A stretch of DNA of 61,536 nucleotides, taken from Prevotella sp. Its GTDB lineage: Bacteria > Bacteroidota > Bacteroidia > Bacteroidales > Bacteroidaceae. Below, in pieces: positions 52,559-60,768 of this stretch. A program made the position numbers and the translations under genes. The first letter of the stretch is position 1, and each line of letters starts with the position of its first letter. A model generated the notes under the pieces. The model was not told where the DNA came from. It saw nothing but the letters and a program-made list of their open reading frames with translations, and did no database searches. Location of the stretch: the NCBI GenBank assembly GCA_029054825.1, contig JAIDEM010000116.1:1-61536 (forward strand), in the 5' to 3' direction.

Positions 52559-52702
52559 CAAATTTACATCGTTTTTCACGAAAACAAGCGTTCCGGACAT
52601 TACATTTACGTTACATTTGCATAAGTCACGACTTCCTGAAGCCGTATTCACCGTATTGTAGCACTATTGTAACAGTTTCGTAACAACAGCAGAGTAACTT
52701 TG
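52559..52702. promoter_or_regulatory. Divergent promoters with 11-bp-spaced direct repeats (Pho-box-like)
   Basis: -7 boxes at 52559-52566 (-) and 52695-52702 (+); TTACATTT at 52600 and 52611; GTAGCA/GTAACA/GTAACA at 52658, 52669, 52680. Confidence 0.7.
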
Positions 52703-52725
52703 CAACGGGAACAAAACACAACAAT

Positions 52726-54966
52726 ATGGAAATGATTTTCTTAGGACTTGTAGTCTCTCTCTTTGTCCTCGCGACATTCGACCTCATGGTAGGCGTGAGC
52801 AACGACGCCGTGAACTTCCTCAACTCTGCCATCGGAGCAAAGGTGGCGCGGTTCCGTACGGTGATAATCGTGGCATCTCTCGGTGTTCTTGCAGGAGCCC
52901 TTCTCAGCAACGGCATGATGGACATCGCCAGGCACGGCATCTTCCGCCCTGAGATGTATTCGTTCGAGAACCTTATGTGCATCTTCCTTGCAGTGATGGT
53001 CACCGATGTCATACTGCTCGACATCTTCAACAGCCTCGGTATGCCGACATCCACGACGGTATCGATGGTCTTCGAACTGCTTGGCGGCACGTTCGTGCTG
53101 GCATTGCTGAAAATCGTGGCAGACGACACGGGCACACTGACCTTCGCACATCTTCTCAATACGGAGAAGGCCTTGTCGGTCATCCTCGGCATCTTCTGTT
53201 CCGTGGCGATAGCCTTCTTCTTCGGCACCGTGGTGCAATGGCTCACGCGACTTGTCTTCACCTTCGACTACCGCAGGCGTCTGAAATACTTCATAGGAGT
53301 GTTCGGCGGAGTGGCCTGCACAGCCATCGGCTACTTCATCCTCGTCAAGGGACTGGGGCAGGCGGCGTTCATGGACGGCGACATGAAGCAGTGGATTGCC
53401 GACAACACCCATGCCATCGTCATCGGCGGATTCGTATTCTTCACTGTGCTCATGCAGTCGCTCCACGCCGCAGGAGGCAATGTCCTGAAGCTGATAGTCC
53501 TTATCGGCACATTCGCCCTCGCCATGGCCTTCGCAAGCAACGACCTCGTGAACTTCATCGGTGTGCCGCTGGCAGGATACAGCGCATACAGCGATTTCGC
53601 CGCCAACGGCCACGGAGACCCGGACACCTTCATGATGGGCTCGCTCAACGGCAGTGCACATACGCCGTTCATCTTCCTGCTCGCCTCGGGTATGCTCATG
53701 ATATACTCTCTCGCGACATCAAAGAAAGCGCGCAATGTGGTAAAGACTTCCGTGGACCTCTCGAGGCAGGATGAGGGCGAGGAGATGTTCGGTTCGTCGA
53801 GCGCGGCGCGGAGCATGGTGAGGTCGTTCAATACCGTCAGCGACGCCTGCGCAAGGGTCGTGCCGGCAAATATGCGGAGATGGATAGACGGACGGTTCAG
53901 CAAGGAGGGTGCGGTGCTGGAGGACGGTGCGGCATTCGACCTCGTGCGCGCCTCGGTAAACATAGTCCTCGCCGCCCTGCTCATCATCATGGGCACATCT
54001 CTGAAGCTCCCTTTGTCCACTACCTACGTGACATTCATCGTCGCCATGGGCACCTCCCTCGCCGACCGTGCATGGAGCCGTGAGAACGCGGTATTCCGCA
54101 TCACGGGAATGCTCAGCGTCATCGGCGGCTGGCTCATCACTGCCGGAGCGGCATTTCTCGCGGCAGGAACAGTGGTGCTCGTGATGCATTTCGGAGGCAT
54201 CGCCGCAATGATAGGCTTCGGAGTGCTCGCCATCGTGCTGCTCATAAGGAACAACATGCCACAGGACGGCAAGGACAGCGGCACCGACAGCGGACTGTTC
54301 CTGCGCAAGCTCATGCAGACTCAGGACAAGAAGGAGCGCTGGACACTGCTCAAAGACCATCTGCAGGCTGTCCAGACGGAGGCAATGGTGCATGCAGGGG
54401 CATGTTTTGACAATATCGTCAGCGGCATGATAAACGAGAATCTGAAACAGCTTCGCAAGGCTATAAGGCTGCTCGACCGTGACAACGACAGCAGGAAGAA
54501 GACGCGCCACAGGCTGCTGGTAGGCATGAGGAGCATAGACAGGACGCTCTCGCTCGAGAAGAACACATGGTTTCATCTCGCCATGAACGCCGACGAGCAG
54601 ATCATCTACTGTCTGAAGCGCATGGCAACGCCGTGCAAGGAGCATGTCGACAACAATTTCACGCCACTCAACAACTCCCAGATAGCCGAACTTCAGCCGG
54701 TGAAGGAGCGTGTGCTCGACTTCATCAGGCGCGGCACGGAGGCGATAGAGCGCAACGATGTGGAGGAGATAGACCGTCTCCTCGCCGAGAAGGAGGGGTT
54801 CAAAAGGCATATCTCCGCCTTGAGGAAACGCCAGATGGACTATCTCCAGGAGCACGACTCTAACATCAACACCACGATACTCTACCTCAATATCCTGCAG
54901 GAGACACAGGAGTTCATCGCCTCGACAAGGCGTATCCTGCGAAGCAGCAAGAGATTCAACAACTAA
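52726..54966 (+). CDS. Inorganic phosphate transporter (PiT family) with C-terminal helical PhoU-like region
   Basis: GVSNDAVN, GMPTSTT, FASNDLVN, LPLSTT motifs; divergent from the PhoB/R-like pair. Confidence 0.88.
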   Translation: MEMIFLGLVVSLFVLATFDLMVGVSNDAVNFLNSAIGAKVARFRTVIIVASLGVLAGALLSNGMMDIARHGIFRPEMYSFENLMCIFLAVMVTDVILLDIFNSLGMPTSTTVSMVFELLGGTFVLALLKIVADDTGTLTFAHLLNTEKALSVILGIFCSVAIAFFFGTVVQWLTRLVFTFDYRRRLKYFIGVFGGVACTAIGYFILVKGLGQAAFMDGDMKQWIADNTHAIVIGGFVFFTVLMQSLHAAGGNVLKLIVLIGTFALAMAFASNDLVNFIGVPLAGYSAYSDFAANGHGDPDTFMMGSLNGSAHTPFIFLLASGMLMIYSLATSKKARNVVKTSVDLSRQDEGEEMFGSSSAARSMVRSFNTVSDACARVVPANMRRWIDGRFSKEGAVLEDGAAFDLVRASVNIVLAALLIIMGTSLKLPLSTTYVTFIVAMGTSLADRAWSRENAVFRITGMLSVIGGWLITAGAAFLAAGTVVLVMHFGGIAAMIGFGVLAIVLLIRNNMPQDGKDSGTDSGLFLRKLMQTQDKKERWTLLKDHLQAVQTEAMVHAGACFDNIVSGMINENLKQLRKAIRLLDRDNDSRKKTRHRLLVGMRSIDRTLSLEKNTWFHLAMNADEQIIYCLKRMATPCKEHVDNNFTPLNNSQIAELQPVKERVLDFIRRGTEAIERNDVEEIDRLLAEKEGFKRHISALRKRQMDYLQEHDSNINTTILYLNILQETQEFIASTRRILRSSKRFNN

Positions 54967-55010
54967 AACCGTATCACACTGCAAGACAGCAGGATACGGA
55001 CAACAAAACA

Positions 55011-55089
55011 GAAGGTCACCTTTCATCCACAGAAAGGTGACCTTTTGCCGTGCCAAGGGTCACCCTTTATGCTGCGAAAGGTCACCCTC
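55011..55089. repeat. 22-bp-period array of 4 palindromes AARGGTNACCYTT (array 5)
   Basis: Cores at 55014, 55036, 55058, 55080. Confidence 0.9.
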
Positions 55090-55119
55090 CACCGAGCGAA
55101 TAGCCAGTATTGCCGTTGG

Positions 55120-55268
55120 CGGGTTTTGGGGTTTTGGGGTTGATGGTTGTGGGTTTTGGGTTGTAGGTCATATAGTCGTTCTATTTCGGCTGTAACAGCT
55201 ATTTCGGCTATAACCATCAACCCAAAACCTACAACCCACAACCATCGCCCATAAACCATAAAACCGCA
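55120..55268. repeat. G/T-rich arm, 9-bp CTATTTCGG module, then A/C-rich arm
   Basis: gggttttggggttttggggttgatggttgtgggttttgggttg ... ctatttcggct x2 ... aaccatcaacccaaaacctacaacccacaacc. Confidence 0.75.
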
Positions 55269-55436
55269 TTCTTAATTATTTTATAATTAAATAATTTCCT
55301 CATTCCATTTTTTTTTAGTATCTTTGCACGAAAATACGACATCCGCGCCCGTCCATGCGGAAGGCATGGCCCTCTGGCGGCAGAACCGTGGCGGACGAAT
55401 GGCGGAACAAAGGATATAAAATACATTTTTTACTAC

Positions 55437-57431
55437 ATGGAAGAAATACAGAAAACAGAAGGCAACTACACAGGCAGCAGCATCCAGGTGCTTGAAGGTC
55501 TCGAGGCCGTGCGCAAAAGACCGGCGATGTACATCGGAGACATCTCCGAGAAAGGTCTCCACCATCTTGTCAACGAGACAGTGGACAACTCCATCGACGA
55601 GGCAATGGCAGGATACTGCACCGACATAGAGGTGACCATCAACGAAGACAACTCCATAACAGTGGAGGACAACGGACGAGGAATACCTGTCGACGAGCAC
55701 CCGAAGCTCCACAAATCGGCACTCGAGGTCGTAATGACAGTGCTCCACGCCGGCGGCAAGTTTGACAAAGGCTCATATAAAGTCTCCGGCGGACTACACG
55801 GCGTCGGCGTCTCCTGCGTCAACGCCCTTTCCACACACATGCTCTCACAGGTATACCGCGACGGCAAGATTTATCAGCAGGAGTACGAGCAGGGCAAGCC
55901 GCTCTACCCCGTGAAGGTCGTCGGCGAGACCGACAAGCGCGGCACACGCCAGCAGTTCTGGCCTGACCCCACGATATTCACCACCACGACATACAAGTAC
56001 GACATCGTCGCCACACGTATGCGCGAGCTGGCTTTCCTCAATGCCGGCATAAAGATTACCCTCCGAGACATGCGCCCTGTGCTCGACGAGAACGGCACTG
56101 TAGCAGAGGGATGGACACCGAAGGAGGAGGTGTTCCACGCCCAGGACGGCCTCAAGGAGTTCGTCCGCTACATAGACCAGCACCGCACACACCTCTTCAA
56201 CGATGTCATCTACCTGAAGACAGAGAAGGCAGGAGTGCCTATCGAGGCGGCCATCATGTACAATACCGACTACTCCGAGCACATACACTCCTATGTAAAC
56301 AACATCAACACCATAGAGGGCGGCACACACCTCACGGGATTCCGCATCGCCCTCTCGCGCTCGCTGAAGAAGTATGCAGACAACGACGACCAGATACGCA
56401 AGCAGATAGAGAAGGCGAAGATAGAGATAGCGCAGGACGACTTCAAGGAAGGTCTCACAGCTGTCATCTCCGTAAAGGTGGCAGAGCCACAGTTTGAGGG
56501 ACAGACAAAGACAAAGCTCGGAAACTCGGAGGTCAACGGCGCCGTCCAGCAGGCCGTGGGAGAAGCCATGAACGACTACCTCGAGGAGCATCCTAACGAG
56601 GCACGCATGATATGCAACAAGGTCGTCCTGGCCGCTACAGCACGCGTGGCAGCACGCAAGGCACGCGAGAGCGTACAGCGAAAGAACCCGATGTCGGGAG
56701 GCGGACTCCCGGGAAAGCTTGCCGACTGCTCAAGCCGCGACCCTAAGAAGACCGAGATATTCCTCGTCGAGGGTGACTCCGCCGGCGGTTCGGCTAAACA
56801 GGGACGCGACAGACACTACCAGGCCATCCTGCCGCTGCGAGGCAAGATACTCAATGTGGAGAAGGTACAGTGGCACAAGGTCTTCGAGGCAGAGTCCGTA
56901 AACATCATCCTCCAGGCCATAGGCGTGAGGTTCGGACTGGACGGCGAGGACTCCAAGGAGGCTAATATCGACAAGCTGCGCTACGACAAGATCATCATCA
57001 TGACCGATGCCGATGTCGACGGCTCGCACATCGACACGCTCATCATGACCCTCTTCTTCCGCTTCATGCCGAAAGTCATACAGGAGGGACATCTCTACAT
57101 AGCCACTCCGCCGCTCTACCGCTGCTCTTACAAGGACAAGAAAGAATACTGCTACACGGAGGAGGACCGCCAGAGATTCATCGACAAATACTGTGACGGC
57201 AACGCCGAAGACACCAAGCTCCATACACAGCGATACAAAGGTCTGGGCGAGATGAACCCCGAGCAGCTCTGGGACACTACAATGAATCCAGAGACACGTC
57301 TCCTCAAGCAGGTCACAATACATAATGCCGCCAAGGCAGACGAGATATTCTCAATGCTCATGGGTGACGATGTGGAGCCGCGCAGGCAGTTCATAGAAGA
57401 GAACGCCACATACGCCAACATCGACGCGTAA
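55437..57431 (+). CDS. gyrB: DNA gyrase subunit B
   Basis: LEAVRKRPAMYIG, DNSIDE, HAGGKF, VEGDSAGG, PLRGKILN, MTDADVDGSHI, RYKGLGEMNP; -7 box at 55319. Confidence 0.97.
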   Translation: MEEIQKTEGNYTGSSIQVLEGLEAVRKRPAMYIGDISEKGLHHLVNETVDNSIDEAMAGYCTDIEVTINEDNSITVEDNGRGIPVDEHPKLHKSALEVVMTVLHAGGKFDKGSYKVSGGLHGVGVSCVNALSTHMLSQVYRDGKIYQQEYEQGKPLYPVKVVGETDKRGTRQQFWPDPTIFTTTTYKYDIVATRMRELAFLNAGIKITLRDMRPVLDENGTVAEGWTPKEEVFHAQDGLKEFVRYIDQHRTHLFNDVIYLKTEKAGVPIEAAIMYNTDYSEHIHSYVNNINTIEGGTHLTGFRIALSRSLKKYADNDDQIRKQIEKAKIEIAQDDFKEGLTAVISVKVAEPQFEGQTKTKLGNSEVNGAVQQAVGEAMNDYLEEHPNEARMICNKVVLAATARVAARKARESVQRKNPMSGGGLPGKLADCSSRDPKKTEIFLVEGDSAGGSAKQGRDRHYQAILPLRGKILNVEKVQWHKVFEAESVNIILQAIGVRFGLDGEDSKEANIDKLRYDKIIIMTDADVDGSHIDTLIMTLFFRFMPKVIQEGHLYIATPPLYRCSYKDKKEYCYTEEDRQRFIDKYCDGNAEDTKLHTQRYKGLGEMNPEQLWDTTMNPETRLLKQVTIHNAAKADEIFSMLMGDDVEPRRQFIEENATYANIDA

Positions 57432-57436
57432 TGACA

Positions 57437-57605
57437 AGTGGTTTAGTCGTTTGGCTGTGCTGTCGTTTGGTTGACAGCTTCTATTAGGGCCATAGCAGCT
57501 ATTCCTGCTATCAACTAAACGACAACACATCCAAACGACCTAACCACCAGACAACTGAACAACAAGCAACAAAACAACGTAAACAACAAAATAACCAAAC
57601 AACAA
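57437..57605. repeat. Degenerate 8-bp periodic inverted arms between gyrB and gpmI
   Basis: gtttagtcgtttggctgtgctgtcgtttggttg ... ctattcctgctatc ... caactaaacgacaacacatccaaacgacc. Confidence 0.65.
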
Positions 57606-57609
57606 ATAC

Positions 57610-59130
57610 ATGGCAAAGAAAGCACTTCTGATGATTCTCGACGGATGGGGAATCGGCAAGCACGGCAACGGTGACGTCATCTTCAACACACCGACACCAT
57701 ACCTTGACTATCTCACAGCAGTATCGGCACACTCACAGCTACAGGCTTCGGGCGAGGATGTAGGCCTCCCTGACGGACAGATGGGCAACTCGGAGGTGGG
57801 TCACCTCAATATCGGTGCCGGACGCATAGTATATCAGGACCTTGTGAAGATAAACCGCGCCTGTGCCGACGGCTCCATCTCACAGAACCCGCAGGTCGTG
57901 GAGGCTTACAACTACGTGAAGCAGAACGGCAAGAAGCTCCATCTCATGGGTCTCGCCTCAAACGGCGGCGTACACTCCTCACTGGACCATCTCTTCAAGC
58001 TCATCGAGGTAGGCAAGGAGTTCGGACTGTCACAGCAGACCTTCGTACACTGCTTCATGGACGGACGCGACACCGACCCTAAGTCCGGCAAGGGATTCAT
58101 CGAGCAGATTACGGTAAAATGCCAGGAGAACGATGCTAACATCGCATCCATCGTGGGACGTTTCTACGCCATGGACCGCGACAAGAGATGGGAGCGTGTG
58201 AAAGAGGCTTACGACCTTCTCGTCAACGCCGAGGGAAAGAAGGCCGATGATATGGTGAAAGCCATGCAGGAGTCTTATGATGAGGGCGTGACAGACGAGT
58301 TCATCAAACCTATTGCAAACGCTGCCGTAAACGGAAAAATCGAGGAGGGAGACGCTGTCATCTTCATCAACTTCCGCAACGACCGCGCCAAGGAACTCAC
58401 ACAGGTGCTCACACAGCAGGACATCCCTGAGCAGGGCATGAAGACCATCCCGGGACTCCAGTACTACTGCATGACACCTTACGACGCCAGCTTCACAGGC
58501 GTGAAAATCCTCTTCCCGAAGGAGAATGTGGAGAACACTCTCGGAGAATATCTCTCACAGCAGGGAAAGAAACAGCTCCATACGGCAGAGACAGAGAAGT
58601 ATGCACACGTGACATTCTTCTTCAACGGCGGCAGGGAGACTCCTTACGAGGGCGAGGACCGCATACTCGTGGCATCGCCAAAGGTAGCCACATACGACCT
58701 CAAGCCTGAGATGTCGGCATACGAGGTGAAGGACAAACTCTGCGCTGCCATCATGACAGAGATGTATGACTTCATCGTCGTGAACTTCGCTAACGGCGAC
58801 ATGGTAGGCCATACCGGTGTCTACAACGCCATAGCAAAGGCCGTACACGCCGTGGACAGCTGCGTGGAGGATGTCATAGAGACAGCAAAGGCTTGCGGAT
58901 ACGAGGCAATAATCATCGCCGACCACGGCAATGCAGACAACGCCATAAACGCCGACGGCTCTCCTAACACTGCCCACTCGCTCAATCCTGTTCCTTTCAT
59001 CTATGTCACAGACAACAACTCTGCGACAGTGAAGGACGGACGCCTCGCCGACGTCGCTCCGTCTATCCTGCATATAATGGGACTGGAGAAGCCGGCAGAC
59101 ATGACGGGCGAGAACCTCATCGTTGACTGA
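57610..59130 (+). CDS. gpmI: 2,3-bisphosphoglycerate-independent phosphoglycerate mutase
   Basis: [52 protein letters not shown]. Confidence 0.97.
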   Translation: MAKKALLMILDGWGIGKHGNGDVIFNTPTPYLDYLTAVSAHSQLQASGEDVGLPDGQMGNSEVGHLNIGAGRIVYQDLVKINRACADGSISQNPQVVEAYNYVKQNGKKLHLMGLASNGGVHSSLDHLFKLIEVGKEFGLSQQTFVHCFMDGRDTDPKSGKGFIEQITVKCQENDANIASIVGRFYAMDRDKRWERVKEAYDLLVNAEGKKADDMVKAMQESYDEGVTDEFIKPIANAAVNGKIEEGDAVIFINFRNDRAKELTQVLTQQDIPEQGMKTIPGLQYYCMTPYDASFTGVKILFPKENVENTLGEYLSQQGKKQLHTAETEKYAHVTFFFNGGRETPYEGEDRILVASPKVATYDLKPEMSAYEVKDKLCAAIMTEMYDFIVVNFANGDMVGHTGVYNAIAKAVHAVDSCVEDVIETAKACGYEAIIIADHGNADNAINADGSPNTAHSLNPVPFIYVTDNNSATVKDGRLADVAPSILHIMGLEKPADMTGENLIVD

Positions 59131-59154
59131 TAAGTACACAATACTTCAGTCGGT

Positions 59155-59856
59155 ATGAAATCGAATGTGAACATCGAGCCTTCATGGCAAGAAAGACTAC
59201 AGGGTGAGTTTGACAAGGAATACTTTGTCAGACTCACCCGTTTCGTTAGGGAGGAATACAGCCGATACAGGTGCTATCCGCCGGGAAACGAGATATTCAA
59301 TGCCTTCAACCTCTGCCCTGCGGACAAGGTGAAGGTCGTGATAATAGGACAGGACCCCTATCACGGCTACGGACAGGCAGAGGGACTGTGCTTCTCGGTG
59401 AAGACAGGAGTGCCGCTGCCGCCGTCGCTCGTGAACATCTTCAAGGAGATAAAGGACGATATCGGCTCTACCCCAGAGATAATACAGGACGGAAATGGCA
59501 GGAAGAGCTATGACGGCTCTCTGCGCCGATGGGCGGAACAGGGAGTCCTGCTCCTCAATGCCACGCTGACTGTCCGCGAGCATGCAGCCGCTTCACACCA
59601 GCGTCAGGGATGGGAACAGTTCACGGATGCCGTGATAGAGACCGTATCCCGTGAATGCGACCATGTCGTCTTCCTGCTGTGGGGCGGATATGCGCGCAAC
59701 AAGAAGAAACTCATAGACCAGAGCAAGCATTTTATCCTGGAATCCGTGCACCCCTCTCCCCTCTCCGCCAACCGCGGCGGATGGTTCGGGAATCACCACT
59801 TCTCGCGTTGCAACGAGTGGCTCTCCCGGCAGGGACTTGAACCGATAAAGTGGTGA
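59155..59856 (+). CDS. ung: Uracil-DNA glycosylase
   Basis: GQDPYHG, PPSLVNI, LLLNATLTV, HPSPLS. Confidence 0.97.
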   Translation: MKSNVNIEPSWQERLQGEFDKEYFVRLTRFVREEYSRYRCYPPGNEIFNAFNLCPADKVKVVIIGQDPYHGYGQAEGLCFSVKTGVPLPPSLVNIFKEIKDDIGSTPEIIQDGNGRKSYDGSLRRWAEQGVLLLNATLTVREHAAASHQRQGWEQFTDAVIETVSRECDHVVFLLWGGYARNKKKLIDQSKHFILESVHPSPLSANRGGWFGNHHFSRCNEWLSRQGLEPIKW

Positions 59857-59936
59857 CTGACGGTTGTGGGCGGTTATACGGTTTTGCGGTTAGGCGATTG
59901 TGCGGTAATGTGCCATTTTATTTACATATTCATATA

Positions 59937-59996
59937 AAAAGTCAACAGCCTTGATACCTTGCATATTGCGCAAGATATCGAGGCTGTTGACTTTCT
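59937..59996. terminator. Long hairpin, probable terminator after ung
   Basis: aaagtcaacagcc...ggctgttgacttt. Confidence 0.65.
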
Positions 59997-60277
59997 ACCG
60001 AAAATAATAAATATACGGTTATGGGGTGAATACGAGTCGGCTACCAGATAGGAAGTCGTCTTTATTTTGGGTAAATACCAACCATGTATCTATAAATGTA
60101 TCAGTATATATCTTTAATTCGGCTGTAGAATACAGTACCTTTGCACCATCAGACCAAATGACTATCCAGTTGATGGTTTTGGGTTGTTGGTTATATTGTC
60201 TATGCGGTTTTACAGGCATCCGGTTGTCACCGTACAACCGGATAACCTAAAAGCGAAGCAACCGCAAGACGGAATAG

Positions 60278-60326
60278 AAAAGAGGGTGTTTCAATCTGAA
60301 GACTGGCTTCAGACTGTCACACCCTC
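60278..60326 (-). terminator. Probable terminator for - strand transcription from the LRR/small-ORF region
   Basis: gagggtgt..tctgaag actgg cttcaga..acaccctc with an A-run on the left (U-tract on - strand). Confidence 0.55.
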
Positions 60327-60532
60327 ACGCTTACTGATCTTGTAATAGGATGCACAGTAAGCGATGTGACATCCTATCTGTAAAGCCATCGGCAATACCC
60401 TACTCTCCCACCGTATGACAGGCAGTACCATCGGCACAGGCAGTTTCAAGTTCTCTGTCCAGAATGGTTAGAATTGGCCCGCTACTACCATAATTGCTTT
60501 GGCTTAATGTTGATCTAATAGTCTTAACGGTC

Positions 60533-60655
60533 TTACCCGTTGTTCTTGAATACATTCCAATCATCACCAAAGTAATAATTGTTGTGTATCTCTTTCTTAC
60601 GTCCGAGACAGAGAGCAACTATTACAATGATGAGGCAGAAAGCAAAAATATTCAT
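60533..60655 (-). CDS. Putative 40-aa single-TM small protein (type I toxin-like), not in the ORF track
   Basis: MNIFAFCLIIVIVALCLGRKKEIHNNYYFGDDWNVFKNNG*, with GGAGGTG 8 nt before the ATG. Confidence 0.5.
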   Translation of the reverse strand: MNIFAFCLIIVIVALCLGRKKEIHNNYYFGDDWNVFKNNG

Positions 60656-60768
60656 TGCAATTTCACCTCCATTTTTAGTGAATAATTAATGTATCTGCAA
60701 GACTAATCTGATCTACATTTCCTCGACATTCTTGATACGCAGTCCGAGGCTAACCACGTATTCATTCT

